A DNA stretch of 64,000 nucleotides from the NCBI GenBank assembly GCA_951406725.2, contig OX597815.1:26102001-26166000 (forward strand). The letters are read 5' to 3'. The translations under genes were made by a program, and so were the position numbers. Below are positions 12,977 to 26,699 of the stretch, piece after piece (position 1 is the first letter of the stretch; each line of letters begins with the position of its first letter). Under the pieces are notes generated by a model. The model searched no databases. It saw only the letters and a program-made list of their open reading frames with translations, and was not told the origin of the DNA. Origin of the DNA: Octopus vulgaris (Eukaryota).

Positions 12977-13370
12977 CTAGCAGTATCGCCCGGCGTTGCT
13001 CGGGTTTGTAAGGGAAATAACTGTATAAGCATTTTTAGAGATGTAAAGTATAATAGCCATCTCAATATGGCTAACCACAAAGGGGGTGTTACTGTAGCTT
13101 TTTACGTTCTGAGATTTAATAATACATTTTTAGAGAGTTACTTCCCTTATATAAACCGAGCGAAAATGCATTAAAAATGCGGAAAAATTATGGTAATTTT
13201 TTTTTAAATCGTAGACTCATCGTAGACGTGCGCTAATACCCAGAAGGGCTCGATATGAATCACGACTATAAGATACTCGCTTTTGGTTAAACTGCACCGT
13301 AAAATGTGGAAATAGTTAGGAATCTAAATCGGTGGAGACAGACACACAACTACATCTTTATATATAAAGC
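12977..13370 (-). mobile_element. Helitron H1 with captured internal fragment
   Basis: CTAG at 12977-12980 with the hairpin on the minus strand; homologous 5' end at about 13370. Confidence 0.85.
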
Positions 13371-13558
13371 TATACCAAGCAGATGTTACGGTCGTAATAG
13401 ACAGCAAACTTTTCCCTACTAAAAATCCAGACCATGTGATGTTACTATTGGACTAAATTTGTTGTCCACAGTTGTAACTGCAGTATATAGCAGAATTCGT
13501 AGAGACACAGATAGCAATGCCTTGTTTTTAATTGGTTACATCTCTTTACGGTCCTACG

Positions 13559-14298
13559 AAGCAACGTGGCCTAATGGATAGGGTGTTGAACTCACGATAT
13601 TAAGAGCGTGGTTTTATTCGCAGACAGGACGGTACGTTGTGTTCTTGAGCAAAACACTTCATTTTCACATTGCCACAGTCCACTCAGCAGTAAAATAAGA
13701 CCCGGCAATTGCTGGGAAGTTAACCATGCGACGGTGTCCCGTCCACAGGTGAGTGTTATGATCTTTGTCATACCCCATGAAAATCGGGTTAAACCCCGCT
13801 CTTATAACAAACCTAACGTTCTGAGTTCTAACCGCACCAAAGACCAGCGGTACGTTGTGTTCTTGAGCAAAACTTTTCATTTCACATTGCCACAGTCCAC
13901 TCACCAGTAAAATAAGACCCAGCAATTGCTGGGAAGTTAACCATGCGACGGTGTCTCGTCTACAAGTGAGTGTTATGATCTTTGTCATACCCCATGAAAA
14001 TCGGGTTAAACCCCGCTCTTATAACAAACCTAACGTTCTGTGTTCTAACCGCACCAAAGACCAGCGGTACGTTGTGTTCTTGAGCAAAACACTTCATTTC
14101 ACATTGCCACAGTCCACTCACCAGTAAAATAAGACCCGGCAATTGCTGGGAAGTTAACCATGCGACGGTGTCCCGTCCACAGGTGAGTGTTATGATCTTT
14201 GTCATACCCCATGAAAATCGGGTTAAACTCCACTCTTATGAGTCCTAAAACTCATGACAAACCTAACGTTCTGAGTTCTAACCGCACCAAAGACCAGC
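13559..14298 (+). mobile_element. tRNA-derived SINE-C (V/CORE-like box) with three tandem bodies of about 217 bp
   Basis: Head cgtggcctaatggataggg; tgtgttcttgagcaaaacactt box; units start at 13631, 13849 and 14066. Confidence 0.8.
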
Positions 14299-15144
14299 GT
14301 GATAACGATCCCTATTGATCGATTTTTTCTTTTTCCTTTTATTTTTATTCCCCTCCCCTCTTTTTTTTTTTTGCTTTCCTCTTTCTTTCCTTTTACGATC
14401 CCTTTTGATCGAAAACCAAAGTTAGTACCGGCACTATAATTGGCTGGTTCTGTGCCTCTCGCTGCCCATAAAAAAGTCATTTGAGGCTTCGCGATTATTT
14501 AGCAAATATTAATGCTATTGTTGGTTTTCATATCGTTGCGGTTACTTTTGTCGTTCTTGTTGATATTACTGTTGCTATACTTTCGCTGGTGTTTCTTTAG
14601 TTTTTGTTGATATAGTCGTTAGTTTTGTTGCTGTTGTTGCTGTCGGTGTTGTCATTAAAATGCCACAGCGCTCTAATGGTTATGTGCTATGGAGCTACAG
14701 TGTTTGTCATTAGTAATTATCGGATCGAATTCTTACAGCGAGATATATGTTTCATTCTCAAGGGTCCTCTTGATTATGAGTACGTCTACATTCATATACA
14801 CCCTTCTCCCTTCCTAATTATTTACACTTACCTACATACCAACCTACATATGTGCATACAAACAAGCATACAAAACATATATTTATATATATATATATAT
14901 ATATATATACTGTCTCTATCCCTCTCCCTCTTTCTATTTCACTCGCATACACACTCACACGCATATATACATATGAATGCATATACATACGCACGCGCGC
15001 ACTCATACACGTATATGTTGTCATAAATTTATGATTGAACAAACATTTGCTTGGATATATGTTAATACATGTAATACACCTACACAAGTACGGAGACATA
15101 TGTGCCTCTGTGTTTCTCTAAGTGTGTGCGTATGTGTCAGTGTA

Positions 15145-15224
<80 letters not shown>

Positions 15225-16319
15225 CGTATGTGTGTGTGTAGTTACATTAACATTCCCCGACAATGTCAAGTGGAGACTTATATTTCTTTATTTTTCTATT
15301 TTATGTGAAATATATTTTTTTCCTAATCTGAGTGTCATACAATTTCCAGTTCAAACTAGGCACCATTAAAAACCTATATTCTTCAAATCCTAATGGATCT
15401 TTGGGGGAAATCATTCAGAAGTGTCTGTGAAATTTTCAGCCGTTTAAGTGTTTCATCTCACATGATTACTGCGGATTTCGCCAGCAAATAAGATTCTTTA
15501 CTGGTATTTGAAATCTAGTGACTCTATGTACACTCTTTTGCGTTTTCCCTCCGAACCAGTCAAACATATACAATATATATGCTGCATTTAGAAGGCAAAG
15601 ACTGAAAACCAGCTTAAGAATAAAGTATTTCGTAATATATACCCTACAAACATACGTTGCATATAGCTGCGCACTTGAAATAGATCGCATTTGAATTAAG
15701 ACGGTGAATTGTAAAATAAGGTAGTTTTGTCAGCAATTACTTTTAGATCGAAAGAGGACAGAGGGTTCTTTCATTAACTCGCCTGCTATGAAGTGCAGTT
15801 GATTACAATTACGTGTACTGGTTAAGATGGCGTGCTTGTCATTAGTTGTTCCGAAGTCCTATCAGTTTAGCTGTTGTTGATATCGTTAAAAAAACAAAAA
15901 CATAGATATAACGTATTTAATTAAAGCGTAAGATGAAAGAGGTTTACTTGATTATAAAAATTTTTTCTTCTAATTCAAGAAGTGAAGAATGAATAAAATG
16001 ATATAAGAAATAAGGAACGGTAAAAATTGACTAACAATGAGAATGACTAACAGTTTATGTTGTCGTAGTTTAGCTCAAGGTCATCCACCATCAAGTATAG
16101 CTTGGATCATCAGATTGTCCGGCGATTCTCTACTTATCCTAGCCTCATAGCTGGTCAGTCATTGTGAGGAATTGTACTGTCAATTTCCTTAATAAAAATA
16201 TATACTCAACACATGTGTTTAGTACTCCGTCATCTCGAAGCAGCATTGTATATATGTAAGTATGTATATATATATATGTATATATTTATATATGTATATA
16301 TACTTATATAATTAAATAT

Positions 16320-16480
16320 ATAGGGAGAGTTTACAAAAAAAAAACAAAAGACGAAGACAGGTGGTGTACAAAACGAACAGATGTATTAGTATAACGCTCA
16401 GGAATAGAAAAAGTCTTTTATGTTTCGAGCCTACGCTCTTCTACAGAAAGGGACACAGAAAAAACAAGGAGAGAAAAAAT
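16320..16480 (-). mobile_element. Penelope-like pLTR fragment with degenerate minimal hammerhead
   Basis: Minus strand: cttt-CTGTAGA-a-gagc-gtag-gctc-GAAAC-ATA-aaag; downstream sequence resembles 31670-31785. Confidence 0.5.
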
Positions 16481-18248
16481 GTGTATACATATATATCTTT
16501 ATATGTGCGTACGTTTGTATAAAAGGCTAAGAGGAGGGGATTATAACATACAATTTGTATATATCTTAATTAATTTTGATACACTAAATTTATCTGATGG
16601 TATCCCTGATGTGACATTAAAATATGTTAACCGTGATATAAACGTATATTTATGGGTGAAAGACGCTGCATATAAAAGAACATTGACAGTCTCAAATTTT
16701 CTTTTGCCATAAATCATGAAGTCTGTAGGTAGCGAACATCTTAGTTTATTTCTTTATATTATTAAACGAAATAGATGTTTTACTTCTCTGCTTTGGTCTT
16801 TTGAGAGCAATAAAGAATGATGCAGCTCTGGCTGCTTCCTCGTTTTCTTAATTATCATCCGACACCTATAGTTAGTTTATGAATGCCGTAACTGAAACGT
16901 GAGTTATAATTTTAATTCTGACATCTGTATGTAAACGAGTGTTCTGAGATGTGCATGTCAAAGATGGTTTAGATGTAAATAGGTGCCACAGGGACGAAGC
17001 TTAATGATAGAAATATGTCGGTAAAGACCTTAAATTTAGACTCAGGTTCACATTAATACTCATTTCTTTTAACCAATCACAAAGAAGGATTTTTGTAAGT
17101 ATAGCGTTATAAGCTATTGGATCGATGCCAAGATATTATTTCTTACCCATTTTATTCACCAAGACAAGATTTGAACAGCAAATGGATGGAGCCTCAAATG
17201 AAATACTTTAATCATTTGATCAGGCACCATATTGCCTTTCCCTTGTATCATGTGGGAAAAGAATGGTATCATGTGGCTAAAGAGTGGTAACATGCTTTGT
17301 TGCTGTCATTAATATTTGTGGTGCTACTTAGCCCCAACATAACTATGATTGTGTAGATATACAATCAATTATTTTCCAACCGTAACCATCGCATCTGTTT
17401 TTACAGAGAACATTGTATTTTATTTAAATTCTGGGAGTGGATTTGAGAGAAATTTAGCTGCTATTTTTGTAATCAGAGCGATCGCGTAAATGCTCTGTCG
17501 TTGGCTCCAGTGGAATCACATTCTTCTGATATGCGATACATACATCAACAGTAATATTTTTAAATATCGATAAATATTCCCCAAATTAGCTTCCTAAAGT
17601 TACCTCTCCTTCGATATGCTTATAGAAACATTCAAACCAAAATTATGATTGTCGTTTCTACTGTAACTACTTCAACTATCACTAATGTCTCCTCCACTTC
17701 TGCATGCAGAATATTGTGTACAAGTGCATTGATGCCATGTGGCCAGGTGCAGAATTCTACTCATTGTAGTATCATTCTTACATCCAAGACACCTGTCATA
17801 TGTCATATAATTATCACTCAACTGTTTGTTTCGAAGCTAACTGAACCCTCTTGACTCAAAATTTAGCTTTAGGCATAGAAAAGTAATCAAAGTAGGAACA
17901 AGCGTTTGCCAAACAATATACCAACGCCTTTTTTTCATTGTAGCTTCCATTCTCGTTTATTCTTCCTCTCTCCATCTCTCTTGTTTTTTTCTCCTCCTTT
18001 TTTTTTAAAACTTTTTCTCTCTCTATATCCCTCGCTTTTTCTCTCTTTATTGGACTTCTATGTAATACATTCATCTCGTCTCTCTCTCCTCACTCTTATA
18101 CTTGCTCACTTTTATGGTTAATTCTCTCCGCAAACTAATTCACTCTCTTCAACGCTTTCCTTTAAATTTTATTTCTATTTATCTCATGCTCGCTCGCTCG
18201 CTCACTCATTCACTTAATCAGTCATTTACTTAGTAATTTATTGTATCC

Positions 18249-18326
<78 letters not shown>

Positions 18327-18368
18327 ATGTATGCTATCTGTCTGTCTGTATGTCTATCCATCTATTTA

Positions 18369-18408
<40 letters not shown>

Positions 18409-18428
18409 TATGTATGTATGTATGTATG

Positions 18429-18466
<38 letters not shown>

Positions 18467-18764
18467 CACACATACATTTGTATATATACGTATATATATA
18501 TATATATATACATATATATGTATATATATATGTGTGTGTGTGTGTGTGCGTGTGTATGTATATATATATATGTATGTGTGTACATATAAGCAATTAGAGA
18601 GAGAGGGAGAAAAAGGTGACTGAGCGTGAGTGGCACATGTATACACGGATAACTCGATAGTTATCTATACAAATTCACATACAATCTTTAATTCTTACGT
18701 TCATTATTTCCTTTCTTTCCACCTCCTCCTCTTCCTCCATCTTCCTCTTCTTCTCTCCCGTCTT

Positions 18765-18856
<92 letters not shown>

Positions 18857-20529
18857 ACACGCATACACACTATTTACTATAGTCACTCTAACATCTAAAA
18901 TCATTGTCCTTTTTCTCTCGTTCTGCAAAAGCTTTATAAACGATAATAGAAGCAATAATTAGTCGCCATCTCAATTTTCCTACTAGCAATTGATATTCAC
19001 AACATACCTGTGAATAAAAATACTTCTCTCTTTCTCTCTCACTTTTTCTCAGTGCAATTAGTATTTACTGCCTATATCAAAACATTCTCCAGCAACCACC
19101 AATTATTTTCACTGTTATAGTTATCAGATACATTTAAATTCTCTCCTTTACAAACTTTATAAACCAATCTGTAAATGAGCAAGCTAAGAAGCCTCTGCGT
19201 GCTTGCTCAACCAGATAGAAATAGCAACTAAATCACCCTTTCAGTAAACGCTTCCGTTTAAAAATAATAAAGGACGAACCTCAGAATAAAAAATTCGATT
19301 GTAATAGCTGGAGCATATTTAACTATAAGCGTGCTTGAACAGGGTTGATTTCCTCAGTCTGCTAGAAACAACTGCCACAGTTTCATATCACATCCAAACG
19401 CCTTTAAAAAGTACATAAGGATGTTCTGAAAATAAATAGATTGAATTATAATAGTTAAACTGTCTTTGATCATAAGATTGCTTGGTTAGGGCTAATTCTT
19501 TGTAAATGGTAACATAATATTGAAATACCAGCTAATTTTTTTTTTCATCTTTCAGATTATACCGTTTCTTTTTCTAAAGTGGAAATACACGTCTGGGGAA
19601 GAAAGGACAAGACGTTATGATTTTTGAACGCCTTTGGTCATATACTTGCTGGATCTGGTTTAACCTAGGGCTAAGCAACGGTGAGATACAACCAATCAAA
19701 ACAAACGAACTGTAAATCATGTGATATTCCGGATTCTCCAAAACAAGTGAAATAAAATAGTTTATAAAATAAACAAACCTCAACAAACTAAAGCGGGTAA
19801 AGAAGACCGTGAATTGTCCTTGGTGTGGGATTATTGGATAGACTGTTTTACGGTATTTGTTCCGACTCTCTGCATTTCGGGTTTAAATCGTGATGAGGTC
19901 AACTGTACCTTTTATCCTTTCGGAATCGTTAAAAAATGCCAATCAAGGGTGCTGGAATGACGGAACTATTAAAGAATCGGATGAGTTATCTTTTGCTATC
20001 TGCTCCGGTTCTTTGCATTCTGATCAGCAACACTTACGACGATACTGTTGCCCAACTGTTTCGACCCAAGGAAGTCGCCTTTCCATTGAATAATATCAGT
20101 GGTCTTGAAGGGAAGATTTCATGCATAGACAACTGCCAATCTTCCTGAAAAAATCTCTTGGCACCGTGATTAATTAATACAAACCTTACATGATGTTAGA
20201 ATAAATAGATGTATGGTAAATTTAAGATAATGTCTCCTTGCACTTAACTTCCATCAAGTTTCATAGTTTTGAAAAGAAATCACTGTGGAATCAATGTAAT
20301 TCGAAATAGAGGTCTACATTCCACTCACATCAAAACCCCTTCTCCTTCAATTTATGGAATCCCGGCAAAAAATTGCTACGTATAGCGATTACGACTAAAA
20401 GATAATAATGAAAGCTAGGATATCGCTCCCATGCTATAACGATATAACGGGATCAAAATGGAAGGTGACACTATCTTACGTCTCCATGAGTAGCTACAAC
20501 CGAACGGAAGTATCTGATCTCGTTCATTG

Positions 20530-20822
20530 GATGATCGCCTTGAAGGGTTTTAGCCGAACGAATCAACCTCAGGACATGTTTTTTAAAGCTTAGTACTTAT
20601 TCTATCGGTCATTTGCCGAACCTTTAAGTTACGGGGACGTAAGCACACCAACATCGGTTGTCAAGCAGTGATGGGGACAAACATAGACACACACACACGA
20701 CCGCACATACATGCAAGACAGGCTTCTTTCAGTTTTCGTCCACAAAATCCACTCACAATGTTTTGGTCGGTCTGACACTATAGTAGAAGACACCTGCCCA
20801 AGGCTCCACGCAGTGGAACTGA
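20530..20822 (-). mobile_element. SINE-B
   Basis: gttacggggacgtaagcacaccaacatcggttgtcaagc...atagtagaagacacctgcccaagg. Confidence 0.8.
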
Positions 20823-21445
20823 ACATATACATATACATACTAATTTTTTTGTCAAGGGCTTGTGTGCCACATTGTTAGGCTGTTTTCCTTAGTCGTTGCG
20901 CGGTGATCGCTATAAGCCTGTAAAATACTATTTATTTACAGACATGTAAAACTCGACACTGCTTAACAAAACCATTCGTAGTGAAAGCACACATACACAC
21001 ACACAAACACACACACATATATATATATATACATATATGCATGTATATAAAAACATATACATATATGCATACATATTTTTGCATATAAGTATATGCGTTG
21101 AAACATATCAATGTGAGACAGGAACAAAAATATTATTACATGTTGGGAGAATTGTAACTGAATAATTTTATCCTCGGTTGGAGTTCAAACCTTAGGTCAA
21201 CATTTAGCAAAACATTATTAAAATGAAAAAAAAAAAGAACATGAAATAGACAAAAACAATAATAATGAAAAGTCGCAGGCGAACATATAACAAATGTCTT
21301 CACAATACTTACAAACAAACCTAAAGACACACTCTTTCACCTTATAAGTATACATATAACACATGCACATATACAATCTTACGTTTCGCTCTCTCTTTTC
21401 CTGTTTCTCTCGCGCTTTCTCTCCATCTGTCTATCTATCTACCTG

Positions 21446-21512
<67 letters not shown>

Positions 21513-21605
21513 ATCAATATATGTTTATGTATATATATATTTCTATCAATATATGTATATATATATGTTTATGTATATACATATACACACAGATATACAT
21601 ATGCA

Positions 21606-21765
21606 TGAGTTGCTGTGTGGTAAGAAGCTTGCTTCCCAACCTCATAGATCCGGGTTCAGTCCTACTGCATGGCACCTTGAGCAAGTGTCTTCTACTGTAG
21701 CCTCGAATCGACCAAAGCGTTATGAGTGGATCTGGTAGACAGAAACTGAAAGAAGCCCGTCGTAT
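21606..21765 (+). mobile_element. SINE-B 5' part
   Basis: gctgtgtggtaagaagcttgcttcccaacc...gcaccttgagcaagtgtcttctac. Confidence 0.8.
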
Positions 21766-21965
21766 ACAAATATATATATATATGTGTATGTGTGTGTGTG
21801 TACGTGTATATATATATGTATGTATACATATATATATATATGTATGTATACATATATATATATATATATATATATCGTATGGTTAACACCATATAGATAT
21901 CCGGTGCATCCTAGTTAAGGACCATATTCATGTGAATTCTTTAGAATTCACTAGAATCTCAATTA

Positions 21966-22021
<56 letters not shown>

Positions 22022-22257
22022 TGCATACAAACATATATATCTATATATGCATGTATATAGATACAGAAGGAAAGAGAGAGAGGAAGAGGGAGAGAGCCAT
22101 ACACACAGACAGAGTGAGATGAGCCTAAGAATGTTCATATATTTATACACTTACATTGAAAGGTAACTGTGTATATATATTGTGTGGGATATGTGAATGT
22201 GTGTGTTCGTGTGCGCGCGCGTAGGCATGTGAGTGTGTGTGCGCGTGTGTATGTGAG

Positions 22258-22303
<46 letters not shown>

Positions 22304-22620
22304 TGTCTGTCTGTGTCTGTGTGCTGCATGAATGCAATTTCGTCACGATGGAGCCACTAGCGTTAAGAATATCAATGGTGAGCAACAACAAAATATTAAA
22401 AACAATAAATGAATGGAAAAAACAAACATATTCATCTGAAAGTGCAACACTACCAAGAATATTAGCAATAACAAATTGTCTCAAGCCAAACGCAAAAAAA
22501 GAACAATATATATAAAAATTAAAAAATAGAAAAAAGTGCAGAAAGTAATTTTTTCAAAATCGCGAAAGTTCTCCGAATGAAAAAAGGAAACAAAATATGA
22601 CAATAAGAGATATGTATGAT

Positions 22621-22652
<32 letters not shown>

Positions 22653-23495
22653 TGTATGTATGTATGTATGTATGTATGTATGTATGTATGTATGTATGTA
22701 TGTATGTATGTATGTATGTATGTATGTTTGTATGTATGTTTGTATGTATATATGTATGTGTCTGTCTGTCTATCTATCTATCTATCTTTCTTTCTATCTA
22801 TATGTCGATCTCTTTCTCTCTCTCTCTCTTCATACATACGCAAACTTTATAGATAGATAGATAGATAAAGGTGATAGAGAAAAAGAGGGAGAGATAGAGA
22901 CAGAGAGAGGGGAAGAGAGAGAGAGAGAGGATGGGAAAAAGAAGAAAAAAAATGGCTGAAAGTGGAAAACAAACTAAAATGGCGGAATAACAATAAAGTC
23001 GAAGTACGATATGGCGACTTAAAGACAGACAGTATGCATATCTAGAACTATTTATTTGTCTACTAGACAACAAATCTTCAATCAGTCTCTTTAACTAACG
23101 TGCCGTAGAATATTAATATCTGCATATATCATAATTGTCATTGTAGTTTCCTGGGATTATTTTTATTTTGTTTTGTATGTGTCTTCCTTTTTTTTTTATC
23201 TTTGTTGTCGATTGTTTTCATCGTCCTAATACAGAAATGATAGAGAACTCTATATTCTATGACATTTAAACAGTAATATCTATGTACAGATATATCTATA
23301 TGTGTTTGCGCGTGTCTGGCTTTTTTTTCCAGCGAACGGACTATGCATATGTGTACATGCTTATGTACATGCATTTATATATATCTCACATCTCCATCTT
23401 CAATTTTCTTGCCTCTCACTTCGTTTCGCATATGCCTACATACACACACACATTTATACATACATACATACATACATACATACATACATACATAC

Positions 23496-24445
23496 ATTAT
23501 TATGGCTGCCTCCTCGTTATCAAGTATGGCCATTGTACGAAGCTTCACTGTTACTGATGCTGTGATCGAATGTGACTTTTTAGCGTAGCTAAAGATCTAC
23601 AATGTCTTGTACAGAATTGGCAATTAAAACCTTTACCGGTAATAGCCGGCTGTAGTTGTAACTGGGCGTCATGTACCTTAGCATGTCGTTCAAGTCCTCC
23701 TGCCGAATTACACTCTCTTCCACATGCCCGACAGATATGATTAGTGGCCAAGTTGTCACTCATCTGTCTCGCTTTATGACTACGAAGATGACTCTTGAGT
23801 CCAGCTTTACTGAGGCAGGGTCTTGCACAGACATTGCATGTCAGCATCAAAGGAAGACCCTTCCTATCTGGAAGTGTAACAGCGATGCCCTCCCTGACAT
23901 CCCTCCTTACTTTCTCGTGTGCAACTCGAGATTTCGCAAAAGTGGCTGTCCCCTCGTGCACAATCCTTCTCCACCTGCTACGATCAATAGCTATGCCTTC
24001 CCATGTGTCAAGAGAGATGCAAGCATCTCTTAAGGATGTCTTCAGCAAGTCCTTATACCTCTTTTTTAGTTTATGTGGAGGTCGTTCTCCTTTAGCAAAC
24101 TCTCCATAAAAGAGTTGTTTTGGCATCCTTGAATCCTTCATCCTGACCAGATGACCACTCCATCTGAGCCTTTGCTTTAACGCAAGAGCTTCTATACTTT
24201 CACACCGAGAGCCTTCCAATATTTCAAGATCACTGATGCGGTCCTTCCACTTAATGCCATAGATCCGTCTGAGGCACATCTGATGGAAATGTTCCGGTTG
24301 TTTAAGGTGGTATCGATATGTGGCCCACGTCTCGCAGGCATAGAGAAAAGAAGGGAGCACACATGCCTTGTACACCTTTATCTTTGTCTTTCTGCATGTG
24401 TCTTGCCGACTCCAGAGGCGCTTTTCTAGCCTTCCGAAAGCAACA
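23496..24445 (-). mobile_element. 5'-truncated RTE-clade LINE (RT C-terminus plus three C2H2 zinc fingers), stop-free
   Basis: KIKVYKACVLPSFLYACETW, RLRWSGHLVRM, RMPKQLFYGE, DRSRWR are RTE/BovB motifs; three CxxC...HxxxH units; short 3' UTR; flanked by (TACA)n. Confidence 0.92.
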
Positions 24446-24483
24446 CATACATACATACATACATACATACATACATACATACA

Positions 24484-24519
<36 letters not shown>

Positions 24520-24866
24520 TTATTTTACTCGTTTCAGCCATGCTGCTGAGGTCATGCTAGAGTACCGTGGTCTTTTTAATTACCTCAGTCCGAAGTGTTT
24601 CACATCACCACCCTTGTATGTGCCTTTGTCCAGCTGTTGGCCTATTCGGTGTATAAGGGAGTTTTCATTCCGCTGCCATTGTCTACACCTCGTGTTGAGC
24701 TGTTGGCTCATCCGGTATCGTGGAGAGGAGAATGTCTAGTTCTTTTTTGAAGACATCTCCTTCAACTTTATGCAGATTTCTTAATTTTTGTGGCAGGGCA
24801 TTGAAGAGCCGTGGACCTTTGAACCTTAGATTATTGTAGTGCCTGGTCCTGAATTTAGATAGTATC
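24520..24866 (-). mobile_element. CR1/L2-group LINE 3' fragment
   Basis: Minus-strand translation KGPRLFNALPQKLRNLH...FKKELDILLSTIPDEP; 3' end ctgaaacgagtaaaataa. Confidence 0.75.
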
Positions 24867-25294
24867 TGAAGTTGTCTCTCTTCGGTATTTCCTGTTGATA
24901 ATCGTCAAAGATCTAGAAATGCGGCTTGTAATCCGACAGCGGGGCAGCGCTGGACAGATATGACATTTTTATTCCTTTTTACCATAAGAGATTTTATTTG
25001 CCTCTAGGGTAACGGCAGTAAATCTGCCTTTAGAAGTTGAAATATATCATAAACATATTTTAACTAACTTTTAACTAACTTCGCTTATGCCTAAACATTC
25101 CCTGGTGCTGATACTGTTGTATATGTTTCTCTCTTGGCGGTCTAATTGAAGCTACGGCTTCAATTAAATCTGTCCAGAGTTGCCTCTCTTCGCTATTTCC
25201 CATTGATAAAGAGCTAGGAATATGTCTGAGAATCCGACAGGGGACAGTACTAGACAGATATGGTGCTTTTACATCTTTTTACCATAAGAGATTA

Positions 25295-25970
25295 TCTTTC
25301 TATATATAAAATTCTTTGTCTTTCTGTCTGTTCCCTATGCATTCTCAAACAACTCCACCAAATCAAATCAAATTTTACAAGGTAATAATATTACACCCCG
25401 TGAGTGTCAACTTGTAATTAATATTTTCATTTGACTGAAACATTATAACATTTTCTCGAAAATAATCTTTCTATAGTCAACTGTAGTAAAGGACATTTTA
25501 TACCACGACGACGACGACGACGACGACGACGTCGCGTTTTGTAGATGAGTGCGCGGGCGTGTGTGTTTGTATTTGCGTGTTCGTTACGTACGAAATAGTA
25601 AAGGACATTTTATACCAGACGACGAGGTCACATCCCTATCATTCTATCTTCATTCTGTCAACCATTCGGTCTAGCGTTTACTGTTGTAACATTATCTGGT
25701 ACCCAAAAAATTATTACAGTAACTTTTATTATTTACAATCTTCTGTACACCAACACATAAACAAAATGTTTCCACAGCTCTGTCCTCTTTCTCTCTCTTT
25801 TCTCTCTCTCCCTCTCTCTTTTCTCTCTCTCCCTCTCTCTTTTCTCTCTCTCCCTCTCTCTTTTTTCTCTCTGCTCTTTCTCTTTCGTGAGAGAGTTTGA
25901 TCAGCTTCGCTGACTGACAGGTGACGGTCATTTAGAAAAAGCGCGGGCTACAACTACGCGCCTTCACTAA
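25295..25970 (+). mobile_element. Non-autonomous Helitron, family H2
   Basis: a|TCtttctatatataaa start; gcgcg...cgcgc hairpin, then CTAA|t end (CTRR). Confidence 0.55.
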
Positions 25971-26699
25971 TCAGTTAAGGTGAGACAGTGTCACGTGACA
26001 ACTTACTGGGGCTGCCTGTTGGAGCCTAGCGGTAGGTATTTAGACGGAAGAATTTTACAAGTCAGTCAGTCACCGGCTGACACTCGCTGACGATACATCG
26101 AAGAGGCCAGGGAACAGAAGAAAGAAGACATGCACCCAACACCAGAGCTGAAGACACCCCCGAAAGGGGGGGCCTCCGCCATGTCAATACGGTAGAGGAG
26201 TAGGGGCCGAAACCGGACGTGATTCCTCCTGATGATGTCTTGAGCTAACTGGATTCTACAAAGGAGCTGTTGTGGTAGCAGACCACGAAACACGGTTGTA
26301 ATCCTTTCTTGTTTTTGATTTCTAGGAGTGTCTGTATTAAGATAGACTTCTCCCTCTCCTTCAATTACACATTCAGCCATTTTGACCTATGCCTCATAAG
26401 GTAGTGCACAAACACTCCTAAAAGTCTTCTAAATAATTATTGTTTCTTATTCTGTTGAGCAATAATGTTATCAATTAATGTTATCTCAGTTTCATTGAAC
26501 ATGTTAAAACACATCCCTTCTTTGTTAACAAGGTGTGAAGTAAGTAAATTAACGATGTGAGGAGTAAATAAAATATATGACGGCTGCTACATGAAATTTG
26601 GTTTTTTTAAGAAAGAGTCCTAGTAGACATTCTACTACAATTAATTCATAAGAAAGGGAAAATGATGTATTACTGATTTTTTTATAGCCTGTTCATCAG

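Noticed and set aside
13631-14298. Regular repeats as a possible CRISPR array
   Set aside because: Whole-unit tandem copies with no unique spacers; eukaryotic SINE-derived sequence; no cas genes.
23551-23850. Host C2H2 zinc-finger gene
   Set aside because: The fingers are in frame with RTE reverse transcriptase C-terminal motifs and followed by a LINE tail; the ORF start is a microsatellite.
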